A stretch of DNA of 37,191 bases from a virus (Duplodnaviria > Caudoviricetes), in IMG/VR virus record IMGVR_UViG_3300014775_000501, positions 1 through 37,191 of that record; one strand, given 5' to 3'. The notes under the pieces are model-generated. The model saw only the letters and a list, made by a program, of their open reading frames with translations. It did not search any database and was not told where the DNA came from. This document shows positions 24,896 to 35,385 of this stretch, in pieces. Numbering within the stretch: the first letter of the stretch is position 1; each line of letters opens with the position of its first letter. The translations under genes and the position numbers were made by a program.

Positions 24896-25611
24896 TTAAA
24901 GGTAACCTACAACCTATAAGAAAGACTAAACTACCTAAGTGGTTAACTAAAGATACTAGGATAAACTTTGAGATACCTAGTGGTTGGCATGAGGTAACAC
25001 TAGAACAGTTTATTAAGATTTCTAAGGACTTAGATTACTTGGAGATGTTTAGTGTATTATCGGGTATAGACTTAGAAACTGTTAGGCAATGTGAACCTAA
25101 AGAAGTAGCTTATATTGTAGATCAATTACAAGACTTATACAATCCTAAAGACTTAGAAAACTTAACAGATCACGTAGAAGAGTTTGAGCTAGAAGGAGTA
25201 ACTTATAAAGTGAATCCTAATCTAATTAATGAGAAAGCAGGTCAATGGTGGGATATGAAAAAGTTAGAAGCCGATGCACAAGATAATCCTATAGAGTTTG
25301 TGCCTATGCTAATATCAATGTTATCTAGGCCTGAAGGAGAGGAATACGACTACGCTAAAGCAAAAGAGAGAGAGAAAGAGTTTTTAAAGTTAGATGTTCT
25401 TACAGCTTTTAAAATTCGTACTTTTTTTTTGAGCAGTCAGTTAGTATATTTAATAAATTCAAACCGCTCTTTGAGAAAGAACACACCGCTGAGGAGAATA
25501 TCGCAGGTTATGGGCAACTTTCTAAAAAGTTTGGTTCGTTACTTACTATCGTTTCATTGGCTAAAGAACACGCTACGTTATGTGCTATCTTTGGTAAAAA
25601 GGAAAAGGTAA
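24892..25611 (+). CDS. Tail assembly chaperone-like protein (0-frame product)
   Basis: IPSGWHEVTLEQF N-terminus; RTFFL is encoded over a T9 slippery run; located in the tail block. Confidence 0.65.
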   Translation: MIKGNLQPIRKTKLPKWLTKDTRINFEIPSGWHEVTLEQFIKISKDLDYLEMFSVLSGIDLETVRQCEPKEVAYIVDQLQDLYNPKDLENLTDHVEEFELEGVTYKVNPNLINEKAGQWWDMKKLEADAQDNPIEFVPMLISMLSRPEGEEYDYAKAKEREKEFLKLDVLTAFKIRTFFLSSQLVYLINSNRSLRKNTPLRRISQVMGNFLKSLVRYLLSFHWLKNTLRYVLSLVKRKR

Positions 25612-25706
25612 CGGATTACACGGTAGGCGAAGTGTTTACTTATTTATTAGTAGAACAAGAGAGGAATGAATGTTATAGTAAATTGATAAAGCAAAAGCAG
25701 TCATGA
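25422..25706 (+). CDS. -1 frameshift extension of the chaperone gene (fusion about 271 aa)
   Basis: T TTT TTT heptamer at 25422; the -1 frame is open for 92 codons (FEQSVSIFNKFKPLFE...VFTYLL...KQKQS*) and its stop overlaps ATG 25703. Confidence 0.8.
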   Translation, partial: FFFEQSVSIFNKFKPLFEKEHTAEENIAGYGQLSKKFGSLLTIVSLAKEHATLCAIFGKKEKVTDYTVGEVFTYLLVEQERNECYSKLIKQKQS

Positions 25707-26197
25707 ATTTAGAGATAATTCATAGTATATTTAACGAGATAGCGACTAAACATAAAGCTATAAAAACATTCTATACGGGGTTGGCTTCAGAGTTCAACCC
25801 TGATTTTGATTTAGAGTATCCTGCTTTATTAGTTGATCCAGTTAGTGTAACCAAGTCAATGAGAGAAGGGTTTTTTCAGAATAATTGGAATATCGTTATG
25901 GAGGTTATTAATGATTTACCAGAGGATAGAAGCCAAGACAATATCAATAAAGTATTAGATCAAACTCAAAAGATTGTTGACCAAGTACTAAGTAGGTTAA
26001 TGACTAACTACAACGACAAAACGCTTAGTTTTAATAATCAATCGGTAAGATCCGATTTTATTATTCAAGATAACTTTACTGCATTACCTTTAATTGACGA
26101 TACGGAATCTAATCACACTGGTTGGCAAGTAACATTTACAATAACCGAGCAAGTACGTTACTCTACTTGTTGTAACGATGACGTTTACGATGCGTAA
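25703..26197 (+). CDS. Tail terminator/completion-like protein
   Basis: 164 aa acidic; YPALLV..P and TGWQVTFTI strands; located in the neck/tail block. Confidence 0.55.
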   Translation: MNLEIIHSIFNEIATKHKAIKTFYTGLASEFNPDFDLEYPALLVDPVSVTKSMREGFFQNNWNIVMEVINDLPEDRSQDNINKVLDQTQKIVDQVLSRLMTNYNDKTLSFNNQSVRSDFIIQDNFTALPLIDDTESNHTGWQVTFTITEQVRYSTCCNDDVYDA

Positions 26198-26639
26198 CTT
26201 TGCTAGAACATCACTTAGATTAAGGCTTAGAAGTGCTGAGTTAGTTAACGACATTATAGATGATCTTAATAAGCAAGGTAAAAACGCTTCGGGTACACTA
26301 GCGAAGAGTGTTAAATTCTCTATGGCTAAAACGGGCGGCTTAATAAGTGTAGATTTCAAAGCTAAAGACTATTGGAAGTGGGTAGATAAAGGACGTAGAC
26401 CAGGAAAGAATCCACCTATTAAACCTTTAGTAAGATGGGCAAAGAGTAAACTAGGGTTAAGTGGAGAGGATGCAGAACAAGCAGCTTATGCTATTTCTAG
26501 ATTCATAGGTAAGAACGGAACAAAAGGAACAGATATATTTACAAATAACATTAACAAATTCAAAAAAGATGCTCAAAAGCTACAAGGGAAAGAGCTTAAA
26601 GCAGATTTAACTGAGTTTATAACAAAAGCTTTTAAATAA
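26190..26639 (+). CDS. Neck/tail completion protein (HK97 gp10-like)
   Basis: Basic protein with ASGTL..S, YWKWVDKGRRPG..PP and I...GTKG; alternative start 26178. Confidence 0.65.
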   Translation: MRNFARTSLRLRLRSAELVNDIIDDLNKQGKNASGTLAKSVKFSMAKTGGLISVDFKAKDYWKWVDKGRRPGKNPPIKPLVRWAKSKLGLSGEDAEQAAYAISRFIGKNGTKGTDIFTNNINKFKKDAQKLQGKELKADLTEFITKAFK

Positions 26640-27064
26640 TGGCAGATTTAACTAATACAGTAGAATCAACTGTTACAATCGGAACAACTACGCACAAAGT
26701 TACGGTTAGTGAAACGATCACTTTGACTAATAACAATGTAGTTAATCAAATCTTAGAAGTATCTCATTCAGCAGAGACAGATATAGCTAAAGCTGGTGCT
26801 ATTGCTCCAGGTGGGTTAAAAGATCTTAAATATGCTTTAATAGTTAATAGAGATGCTACTAACTTTGTAAGATTAAGAGTGAAAGACGATGGATTACACA
26901 CTTTTGACGTTAAGTTAGAACCAGGTGAGTTTTTCGTATTACACTCTAGAGATCTTAACGTAAGTACAACGGCAGGAGCTTTTGCATCGTTCACTAATTT
27001 AGATACTATAGCGGCTCAAGCAGATACAGCAGCTTGTGATGTAGAAATATTTTTAGCTAACTAA
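26639..27064 (+). CDS. Hypothetical structural protein
   Basis: 141-aa T/A-rich beta protein. Confidence 0.55.
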   Translation: MADLTNTVESTVTIGTTTHKVTVSETITLTNNNVVNQILEVSHSAETDIAKAGAIAPGGLKDLKYALIVNRDATNFVRLRVKDDGLHTFDVKLEPGEFFVLHSRDLNVSTTAGAFASFTNLDTIAAQADTAACDVEIFLAN

Positions 27065-27065
27065 T

Positions 27066-28541
27066 ATGGCAATAACAGTAGTAAGTAGACCTAGCCAATA
27101 CAACGCTGCATACTTACCTATTGAGTATGTTTTTACTTCGGATAAATCACCGAATAGTATAGCTAGTGAAATAAGTACAGCAGGTACTTTATTAGGAGAT
27201 TCTAATAGTGGGGAAGATGTAGAAGTAACTTGTACGGCACTTCCTTTAGTTGTAGGGGATTTTATAGAGTTAGAAAACGCTTCGAGTTATAGTGGTATTC
27301 ATAGAGTGTCTAGTATTATTACGGGTACACCTGGAGTCAATGTAACTAAGTTTTCAATAGATACACCAGTAAACACTTCTGTAATATCTGGAGAGCTTTT
27401 AACTCCTTTAGCAAGTGTAACGGTATCTAAGTACTATAATAATTTTAGTATAGCTTTAGATCTTTATATAGAAGGAGCTTTTATAGTTCGTCTAAGAAAG
27501 AAAAGAAACTCTAACGATCAATTTGTATTTGATATATCTAATATCTTACAAGAGTACTTAGGAAGCGATTTAAACGACTTAACAGAAACTTCTCATACGG
27601 TTGCTAGTGATTTAGCTAGAGATTTTTATGTAGAATACGCTGAAGAGTACGACGAAATAACAAACGGAATAAACAATTTAACTTTACAATCATTTACAGA
27701 TGATTCTGCTAACACTTTTACAGCAGTTAATTCTACTGTGCCTTACGTATGGCTTAGTAATTTTTCTATTGATAGTGTCAATTACAACTTGGCTGACTTC
27801 TACAGTGCTTCGACTCCTAACACGAGTACGAGGTTTCTTACAAACCAACCTAGTAAAATTGAAATCGGTAGTAATGAGAGTTATCAATTATCTTTCATTC
27901 AAGGAACAATAGCGGTTAAAGACGATCTAACAAGAAGAGTAATTACATACGATTCAAATGGATCGGTAATAGCTACAACGGATACGGTATTAATAGCTTC
28001 AAGTAGTTCAGAAGTAGTAAACATATCTTGTGGAACAGCTAACTTAGGTGCAATTATAACGGCTGCTACGATAAAGTACGATGTTAAAATAGTATACGGA
28101 ACTAGTGTTATAAGTGAAACACTAACTTTTAATATTAACTCAGATTGTTCAAGGATAGAAAGAAGAATAGAGTTTGTAAATAAGCTAGGAGGATTAGACG
28201 CTTTTACTTGCAAGGGTAAAGAATCTAAAGACATGGATATTACTAAGAAGATATTCAAGAGAACTTTAAACACTAGTAGATCAATTCCTGAGCGTTCAGT
28301 AACAACTGTATCAGTAGATTCTAAAGAAGTATACGCTTTAAATAGTGGTATAGTATCAAAAGAAGAAAGAGATTGGTTAATAGAAATGATTGAGAGTCCA
28401 GAGTGTTATATGGTTATAGACTCTTATAGAATACCTATCCAAATTACGGACAAGTTTGGTATAGAGAAACTAGCAGAGGATTCTTATAACATTCAATTCG
28501 AGTATGAGTTTGCTTTCGATAGAATAACACAACGTAACTAA
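27066..28541 (+). CDS. Tail tip/baseplate-associated structural protein
   Basis: 491 aa; FVNKLGGLDAF and LNSG......WL.E...SP..Y C-terminal pattern. Confidence 0.6.
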   Translation: MAITVVSRPSQYNAAYLPIEYVFTSDKSPNSIASEISTAGTLLGDSNSGEDVEVTCTALPLVVGDFIELENASSYSGIHRVSSIITGTPGVNVTKFSIDTPVNTSVISGELLTPLASVTVSKYYNNFSIALDLYIEGAFIVRLRKKRNSNDQFVFDISNILQEYLGSDLNDLTETSHTVASDLARDFYVEYAEEYDEITNGINNLTLQSFTDDSANTFTAVNSTVPYVWLSNFSIDSVNYNLADFYSASTPNTSTRFLTNQPSKIEIGSNESYQLSFIQGTIAVKDDLTRRVITYDSNGSVIATTDTVLIASSSSEVVNISCGTANLGAIITAATIKYDVKIVYGTSVISETLTFNINSDCSRIERRIEFVNKLGGLDAFTCKGKESKDMDITKKIFKRTLNTSRSIPERSVTTVSVDSKEVYALNSGIVSKEERDWLIEMIESPECYMVIDSYRIPIQITDKFGIEKLAEDSYNIQFEYEFAFDRITQRN

Positions 28542-30529
28542 TGAGCAGTGTTTTAAACATATACAATTTAGATAAGTACGATCCTAATTCGTTTTTAATT
28601 CCTTTAACGTTTAGCATTAACGACTTTAGAAACTTAGATACTCGTAACGGGGTTTTTAGTAAGACTATTAAAGTGCCAGGAACTAAAAAGAATGATTCTT
28701 TACTAGGTAGTGCTTTCGATATTACAGCAGAAGGTTTTTTTGATAGAAACAAAAGAAGTAGAGCTATAGTAGAAAGAGATGGAATAAGATACTTAGACGG
28801 TTCGGTACAACTTAAAAAAGTAAATATATCACAAGGTAGATTTCACGAGTATGAGCTTATTTTATACGGTGAGTTATCTGATTGGGCTAACTTGTTAAAA
28901 GGTCGTAACATTAGAGATATTGAGTATAGTACGGTACTTTATAATTACGCTAATCTATCGGGTACTTGGAATAATAACGGTAGAGATAACGAGTATGTTT
29001 TTCCAATGGTAGACTATGGTACTTTTAGTAAACCTACAATACCTGATTCAAGCACAGATATTACAGTAGAAAGATTTAGACCTTCTGTGTTCGTTTATTA
29101 CATCTTTAGAAAGATATTCGAAGCTATAGACTATGAATTAAAGCCTGGATTCTTTGCACGTAAAGAATTTAGAAATCTTATTTTACCTTATGTAGGCGAA
29201 GCAACTTATGCTAGTCAAGAGGAAATAGACGGGAATAGATTAGAAGGCAATAAGGATTTAGCGCAAGTTTTCGCTACATCTTTAGAGACTACTGTAATTA
29301 ACTATTTAAACGCTGGTGGTATAGATGATAATGTAGATCCAGGTAATAACTTTAACTCAACTACAGGTGTTTATACTGCGCCTTATGATGGTAATTACAC
29401 AATAATATCTAGATTCACAACTCAAAATAAATCTCTTTTATCTGAAACTATAACGTATAGATTAAAAAAGAATGGAGTTACCACTTTATTTGAAATAGAT
29501 AAGGAGTATGATTATTTAGAGTTTTACTCTTTCTATGTTAATATGGGTAGTTATGATTTAGTAGCTGGTGATACTTTAGAACTAACATTAGAAGGTAATT
29601 CTATTTCTCCAAATTATGAGCTATTTAGTGCTGATTTTGATATTACACTATCGCAAATACCAATACAAGATGGTGTTAAATTCGATATTGTTAACGGAGT
29701 GTACGACATAACACAAGTAGATTTTATTAAGTCTTTTTGTCAAATGTTTAACCTAGTATGTTTAACCGATTCAAGATTAAAGAGCGTAGAGTTTATACAT
29801 AGGGATGAATTTTACAAACCTATATCAGAAGCAGACGATTGGAGTAGTAAATTAGACATTAATAGACCTCAAGAGCTTGAGCAAATAGAAGAAGGGCTAA
29901 ACTCTATTCTTAAATTTGAATATGCTAAAGACGAGAACGACGATAGTTTAGTAAGTTTTAGACAAACATATAACACTTATTACGGTAACGATGAGAGAAT
30001 ACTAGATAATGAGTTTCTACAAGGAAGTAAAAACGTAGCTAATTTACCGTATGCACCTACTTTAATGGGATATGGTTTTGTTAATAACACTCATTACTTA
30101 CCTAGAATGTATAACGATGGATTCACTAAAGAACTAGAGCCTAGAGTTTTAATATACGACGGGCTGCAAAACGGTAGTTGGACATTTGACAGTAACAACG
30201 AAACACAGTATCCTTTTGCTTATTTTATTAAAAACATATCAACACCTCAAGATATATCTTTGAGTTTTAGTAATTTAAAAGACGTTAGCCAAGGATTACA
30301 ACAAAATGACTTAGGGTTAGTGGATAAGTATTATAAAGAGCAAATAAGACAAATAAATAACGGTAGACTTTATACGTGTTATTTAAAATTAAACCCTATA
30401 GACATAGTTAATCTAGACTTTAGAAAACCTAAGTTAATTAATGGAGTTTATTACTACTTAAACAAAGTAGAGGATTACCTAGCAGGTAAAGATGTAAGTA
30501 CAAAAGTTGAATTAATACAAGTAGTGTAA
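28541..30529 (+). CDS. Tail tip/hub-like structural protein
   Basis: 662 aa; FSKTIKVPGT..N N-terminus and LDFRK...INGVYY.LNK C-terminus; precedes the tape measure gene. Confidence 0.6.
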   Translation: MSSVLNIYNLDKYDPNSFLIPLTFSINDFRNLDTRNGVFSKTIKVPGTKKNDSLLGSAFDITAEGFFDRNKRSRAIVERDGIRYLDGSVQLKKVNISQGRFHEYELILYGELSDWANLLKGRNIRDIEYSTVLYNYANLSGTWNNNGRDNEYVFPMVDYGTFSKPTIPDSSTDITVERFRPSVFVYYIFRKIFEAIDYELKPGFFARKEFRNLILPYVGEATYASQEEIDGNRLEGNKDLAQVFATSLETTVINYLNAGGIDDNVDPGNNFNSTTGVYTAPYDGNYTIISRFTTQNKSLLSETITYRLKKNGVTTLFEIDKEYDYLEFYSFYVNMGSYDLVAGDTLELTLEGNSISPNYELFSADFDITLSQIPIQDGVKFDIVNGVYDITQVDFIKSFCQMFNLVCLTDSRLKSVEFIHRDEFYKPISEADDWSSKLDINRPQELEQIEEGLNSILKFEYAKDENDDSLVSFRQTYNTYYGNDERILDNEFLQGSKNVANLPYAPTLMGYGFVNNTHYLPRMYNDGFTKELEPRVLIYDGLQNGSWTFDSNNETQYPFAYFIKNISTPQDISLSFSNLKDVSQGLQQNDLGLVDKYYKEQIRQINNGRLYTCYLKLNPIDIVNLDFRKPKLINGVYYYLNKVEDYLAGKDVSTKVELIQVV

Positions 30530-32976
30530 TGGCTAGAGAAGAAATATTTTTTGGAGTAAACATAGATACAGGTCAAACTATTAAAAAGTTTGGCGATTTA
30601 AAAGCTCAAACAAAGAAATTAAAGGAAGAGTTAGATAGGACTAAAGTAGGTACTAAAAGATTTAACGAGCTTAAAGAAGCTATAACTAAGAATCAAGCTA
30701 CTATAAGACGTTTTAACCGTCAGTTAAGAGATACTAAGTCTTTAGCTACTAGAGTAGGACAAGGTATGACTAACGCTTTTAAAGGTGTTGGAGCAGCTAT
30801 GGCTGGAGCTTTCGCGGCTAAAGCTATATTTGATTTTTTTAAGAACGCTTCTAAAAAACTAGCAGACTTCGAGCAACAAATGGCTAAAGTAGAAGCTGTT
30901 ACTGGAGCGACTGAGTTTGGAATGAAACAATTAACTAAATCAGCTAAAGAGTTAGGTGCTAGTTCTCAATTTACAGCGTCTCAAGTAGGAGAGCTACAAG
31001 AAGAATTTGCTAAGTTAGGTTTTAGTACTCAAGAAATATTAGATGCTACAGAAGCAACACTAGATTTAGCTACAGCTACACAATCAGATTTATCACAAGC
31101 GGCGACAGTAGCAGCAGCAACTGTTAAAGGTTTTGGTTTACAAGCAGATGAAACACAAAGAGTCGTAGACGTTATGGCTAAATCGTTTTCAAGTTCTGCT
31201 TTAGATATTAGTAAGTTTCAAACAGCAATGGCGACAGTAGCACCAGTGGCTAAAAGCGCTGGTGTTGGTCTTGAAGAAACAACTGCTATACTTGGTAGGT
31301 TAACAGATAGAGGTATAGACGCTTCTACAGCGGGGACTGCATTAAGAAATATGTATCTTAAATTAGCTGAAAAAGGATTAACTTGGAATGAAGCTTTATC
31401 TAAAATACAAAACGCTACAGATAAGAACGCTACAGCTTTAGAATTATTTGGTACTAGAGGAGCAACAGTGGCTACTATTATAGCTGAAAACACAGACAAT
31501 ATAAATGAATTTACTACATCGTTAGAAGAAGCAGAAGGAGCAGCTAAAGAAATGGCGGAAACCGTTGGTAGTACGTTACAAGGAGACATGAAAAGACTAG
31601 AGTCTGCTTGGGAAGGTTTAGTGCTATCATTTCAAGACGGTAACAATATAATAAAAGACACTGTACAAGCCGCTACAGATTTACTTAATACTCTTACAAA
31701 AGAGAGAGAAATAATAAACACAGTAGAAGCTTTCGGTTTATTTAAAGATGAATTATTTAGTATCGTAGACGTAGTTGAAGCAGTAGAGGAAACTAATGAA
31801 GATTTATTAAGTGATAGACAGAAAACTGTAAGGAATTTATTTAATCTAGATAAACAATTAACAGAACAAATAAATGAATTAGTTAAAACTCAAAATAAAG
31901 AAGGTTTAAAAGAATTTGCTAAAAATAACTTAGCTATTATAAAAGAAATAAGGAAAACAAATAAAGCAGCAGGAGACGCAACTGGAGAACAATATGATGC
32001 TTTTGCTAAAGCTTATTCCGCTTCTATAATTGCAGCTATGAGTGAGCTTAAAAAATTAAATGAAGCTTCTAATGAAGAATTAGATGAATCATTAGGTAAT
32101 ATTCAAGATAAACTTTACATACAAATAGATCCTAGAAAAGCTGAAGATCCTTTAAAAAATGTTAAAAGGATTTTAAAAGAAATAGGAGAATTAACAGACA
32201 CAGATATTACTGGTTCTTTTGACGAGACTTTAAATAAAATAGGCAGTGAAGTTATACAGTTAAAACCTAAGGTTAAAGAGACTAATGATGAGTTGTTTAT
32301 AATGTTAACTACATTTGAAGAAATAACTTTAGCTTTAAATGGTTTATCTTTTGGTCTAGCAGAAGCGTCTGTAGGTTTTGCAGAATTAGCACAACAACAA
32401 GCAGAAGGAAGTGCTAAACAACAAAAACTAGCTAAAATATCCATTAGACTAGGTCAAGCGGAGTTAGCAATTAATAGAGCAGTAGCTTTATCTGAAGCTT
32501 TTAAAGGTATAGGTAAAGACATTGGTAAAGGTTTCCCTACTAACTTAATAGCTGTAGCTAGTACATTAGGTTTAATGGTTTCAACTTTTGCAAGTTTTAA
32601 AGCTTTAACAGCTCCAGTTAAATTTCAAAGAGGAGGAGTTATTAAAGGAGCTTCTCACGCTAACGGAGGCGTACCAGTTAAAATGGCTAACGGTGGAATG
32701 GTAGAAGCTGAAGGAGGTGAAGCTATAATCAATAAAAAGTCTACAGCAGCTTTTGCACCTATATTAAGTGCTATAAACTCTTACGGTGGATACGGAGATA
32801 AATTTGAAAGAGGTGGACTATTAGGAGTACCTTCTACGAGTCCAGTAGGAGATACTACCAACGCTCAATTATTAGGAGCTTTAAATAATATTAATTTTCA
32901 ACCAACAGTAAGCGTAATAGAAATAAACGAAGCACAAACAAGAATAAACGAGGTAAACACGTCATCACAATTATGA
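30529..32976 (+). CDS. Tape measure protein (TP901-like core)
   Basis: 815 aa, Ala-rich and helical; FEQQMAKV.AVTGAT, S.FTASQ, GIDASTAGTALR, ELFG. Confidence 0.93.
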   Translation: MAREEIFFGVNIDTGQTIKKFGDLKAQTKKLKEELDRTKVGTKRFNELKEAITKNQATIRRFNRQLRDTKSLATRVGQGMTNAFKGVGAAMAGAFAAKAIFDFFKNASKKLADFEQQMAKVEAVTGATEFGMKQLTKSAKELGASSQFTASQVGELQEEFAKLGFSTQEILDATEATLDLATATQSDLSQAATVAAATVKGFGLQADETQRVVDVMAKSFSSSALDISKFQTAMATVAPVAKSAGVGLEETTAILGRLTDRGIDASTAGTALRNMYLKLAEKGLTWNEALSKIQNATDKNATALELFGTRGATVATIIAENTDNINEFTTSLEEAEGAAKEMAETVGSTLQGDMKRLESAWEGLVLSFQDGNNIIKDTVQAATDLLNTLTKEREIINTVEAFGLFKDELFSIVDVVEAVEETNEDLLSDRQKTVRNLFNLDKQLTEQINELVKTQNKEGLKEFAKNNLAIIKEIRKTNKAAGDATGEQYDAFAKAYSASIIAAMSELKKLNEASNEELDESLGNIQDKLYIQIDPRKAEDPLKNVKRILKEIGELTDTDITGSFDETLNKIGSEVIQLKPKVKETNDELFIMLTTFEEITLALNGLSFGLAEASVGFAELAQQQAEGSAKQQKLAKISIRLGQAELAINRAVALSEAFKGIGKDIGKGFPTNLIAVASTLGLMVSTFASFKALTAPVKFQRGGVIKGASHANGGVPVKMANGGMVEAEGGEAIINKKSTAAFAPILSAINSYGGYGDKFERGGLLGVPSTSPVGDTTNAQLLGALNNINFQPTVSVIEINEAQTRINEVNTSSQL

Positions 32977-33209
32977 AAAAAGAACTATCTAACTACTTAG
33001 GTATTGATTTAGAAACTATCAATTTACTATTTGATAATTATTTGATCGATCCTAAAAGCGTAACAAGGTTTTTAATAATGAAGGAATACGAAGAAATTAA
33101 GAGTAAAGAACCAAGCAGAAGTAACACAGATATTTATTTAGAATTAGCTGATAAGCATAGAGTTTGCGAAAGTTCTATTTATAAATGGATAAAGTTATAT
33201 TCTTTGTAA
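32973..33209 (+). CDS. Small HTH protein, Mor/C-like activator candidate
   Basis: C-terminal IYLELADKHRVCESSIYKWIK helix-turn-helix. Confidence 0.6.
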   Translation: MKKELSNYLGIDLETINLLFDNYLIDPKSVTRFLIMKEYEEIKSKEPSRSNTDIYLELADKHRVCESSIYKWIKLYSL

Positions 33210-33249
33210 ATTCCTTACTTTTTTTTAAAGAATGATAATAATAATTTAG
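33208..33249 (+). promoter_or_regulatory. Putative late promoter motif upstream of the head operon
   Basis: AAATTCCTTACTTTTTTTT followed by TAATTTAG at the same 24-nt offset as in the 2003 and 25407 copies. Confidence 0.5.
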
Positions 33250-33255
33250 TAGGAT

Positions 33256-34398
33256 ATGTGGTATAAAGCGCAATTAAAAGACAAAAAAGTAGAAGTAGAT
33301 ATTTTCGACGAAATCGGAGGATTTGGAGTAACTGCTGAAAACTTTAGAGATGATGTTAAAGCATTGTTAGATGAACACAACTACGCTAACGAACTGCATA
33401 TTAATCTTAACTCTCCTGGAGGTTCTGTATTTGACGGGATAGCGATTCATAACTTTATAGCAGGTTTAAACATGAAAACGGTAATTAAAATAGATGCTTT
33501 AGCGGCTTCTATTGCTACTGTTATTGCTTTAGGTGCTGATGAGGTACACATGAATCAAAACGCTTTCTTTATGATTCATAACCCTTGGACTGTAGTTATG
33601 GGTGAAGCTGACGAGATGAGAAAACAAGCCGACGTAATGGACAAGATTAAGGACGTTATCGTAGGTATTTATCTAAGAAAGACTAGAATCTCTAGAGCTG
33701 AATTATCCGACTTAATGGATAACGAAACGTGGTTAACTGCTGAGGAAGCTAAAAGAATGAATTTCATTGATGTAATTAGTGGAGGTTTAGCTATTGCAGC
33801 GTGTGCTACAACTGGATTTATAAATAATTTTAATAACATACCAAAAAGTTTAAAAATGGCAGAAGAATTAGAAAATGTTTCTAATGAGCTAGAGGTAACT
33901 AACGAGGTAGAAACTACAGAAGTAGAAGAAACTGTAGAGGAAACTGTTGAAGAAGTTACTAATGAAACTGAGGAGGTAGAAAACGTAGAGGAAACTGAAT
34001 CTACGGAGGAAACTACCGAAGTAGAAGAGGTTCAAGAAGAAACTATTTTAAACAAAGTTAAAACTTACTTAGCTGGTTTAATCTCTGACAAAAAAGAGAA
34101 TGAAGAGTTATCCGATAGATACGGAGAAGTAAGTAACGAACTTAAAGATGCTAATAACTTAATCGAGGATTTAAAAGCTGAGAACGTGGAAAAAGACGAG
34201 GTATTAAACCAATCTTTAGAAGCAATCAAAAACTTAGAATCTAAGAATAGTGATTTAGCAAAAGAAGTAAAGGAGTTAAAAGCAAAATTAGACGAGCCAG
34301 TAGGTGAAGAGTTAGTAGCTACTCCAGTAAATGAAAGTAAAAAAGAAGTGAAGTCTTTTAGAGACACACTAGCACAGATTAAAAACAATAAAAAATAA
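33256..34398 (+). CDS. ClpP-type head maturation protease with C-terminal scaffold region
   Basis: LNSPGGSVFDG.AI, AASIAT (Ser), MIHNP (His), ETWLTAEEA...FID; acidic/coiled-coil tail. Confidence 0.92.
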   Translation: MWYKAQLKDKKVEVDIFDEIGGFGVTAENFRDDVKALLDEHNYANELHINLNSPGGSVFDGIAIHNFIAGLNMKTVIKIDALAASIATVIALGADEVHMNQNAFFMIHNPWTVVMGEADEMRKQADVMDKIKDVIVGIYLRKTRISRAELSDLMDNETWLTAEEAKRMNFIDVISGGLAIAACATTGFINNFNNIPKSLKMAEELENVSNELEVTNEVETTEVEETVEETVEEVTNETEEVENVEETESTEETTEVEEVQEETILNKVKTYLAGLISDKKENEELSDRYGEVSNELKDANNLIEDLKAENVEKDEVLNQSLEAIKNLESKNSDLAKEVKELKAKLDEPVGEELVATPVNESKKEVKSFRDTLAQIKNNKK

Positions 34399-34405
34399 TT
34401 AAAAA

Positions 34406-35341
34406 ATGGCATTTGATTTAACGGCACTAAGTGCATACACAACTGAACACGCAGAGGAGTTTTTCGCGAAGTCAGTAATGAAATCTAAGACTGCTGGAAT
34501 TATGAACGTTCTTTCTGGATTCAAACCAGGAGCGCATAAGTTACCAGAGTTCGATCACGCATACGATTTATTCCAAGATGGTTCTTCTTGTGGATTCGCA
34601 GCGTCAGGAGATTTATCTATTAAGCAAAGATCTATTACTGTAGAGTCTTTAAAGATTAATACAGAGTACTGTTTAAGAGATTTAGAAGCTAAATTTACTA
34701 GACAAATCTTACCAACTGGTCAAGAGTATGATGGACTTGGACCAGTAGAAGCAGGTTTAATGTCTGAGCTTGATAAGAAAGTAGGTAAAATGACTGAGCT
34801 TTTATTATGGAACGGTAATAAAGCTACTGCACCTAACGCTATTTCTTCTTACGATTTAGTAAACGGTCTTTTAAAGGTATTAGCAGACGAAACTGGAAAC
34901 TTAGCAGCAGAAAACACTACGGGAGCTTTAACTACTTCTAACATCATCGGAGCAGTAGAAGGTCTTTACGATGCTTTACCAGTAGATGCTTACTCTACTA
35001 TTCAAGATGAAGCTTGGGTTGTTTTAATGGGAGATGACAAAGCTAAGATGTACGAAAGAGCATACAGAGATACTCATGGAGCTGTAGTTTACAACCAAGG
35101 ATTCGAGAAGAGATACGTAGACGGAACTAACATCGAAATCGTAGGAGTACCTGGATTAAACGGAACTGACAAATTAGTACTTGCTAAGAGAGATAACTTA
35201 ATTTTAGCGGTAGACGTTGACGGTGAAGAAATGGACTTTAGAGTTTACATGGATAACGACATGGAAAACGTTAGAGTTAAGGCAAGATTCGCTATGGGTG
35301 TTCAAATCCACTTCCCAGGAGAGGTTGCAATCGATAACTAA
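34406..35341 (+). CDS. Major capsid protein
   Basis: 311 aa directly after the protease; E.LLWNG, NGLLK and C-terminal RVKARFAMGVQ; followed by a hairpin. Confidence 0.85.
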   Translation: MAFDLTALSAYTTEHAEEFFAKSVMKSKTAGIMNVLSGFKPGAHKLPEFDHAYDLFQDGSSCGFAASGDLSIKQRSITVESLKINTEYCLRDLEAKFTRQILPTGQEYDGLGPVEAGLMSELDKKVGKMTELLLWNGNKATAPNAISSYDLVNGLLKVLADETGNLAAENTTGALTTSNIIGAVEGLYDALPVDAYSTIQDEAWVVLMGDDKAKMYERAYRDTHGAVVYNQGFEKRYVDGTNIEIVGVPGLNGTDKLVLAKRDNLILAVDVDGEEMDFRVYMDNDMENVRVKARFAMGVQIHFPGEVAIDN

Positions 35342-35350
35342 AATATTAAC

Positions 35351-35372
35351 GGGGAGTTCACGCTCCCCTTTT
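35351..35372 (+). terminator. Terminator/attenuator hairpin after the capsid gene
   Basis: GGGGAG-TTCACG-CTCCCC followed by TTTT. Confidence 0.75.
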
Positions 35373-35385
35373 AAAACTTTATAAA

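Noticed and set aside
23274-27912. Alternate-frame + strand ORFs 23274-23486 and 27700-27912
   Set aside because: Fully nested in terL and a tail gene, with no supporting signals
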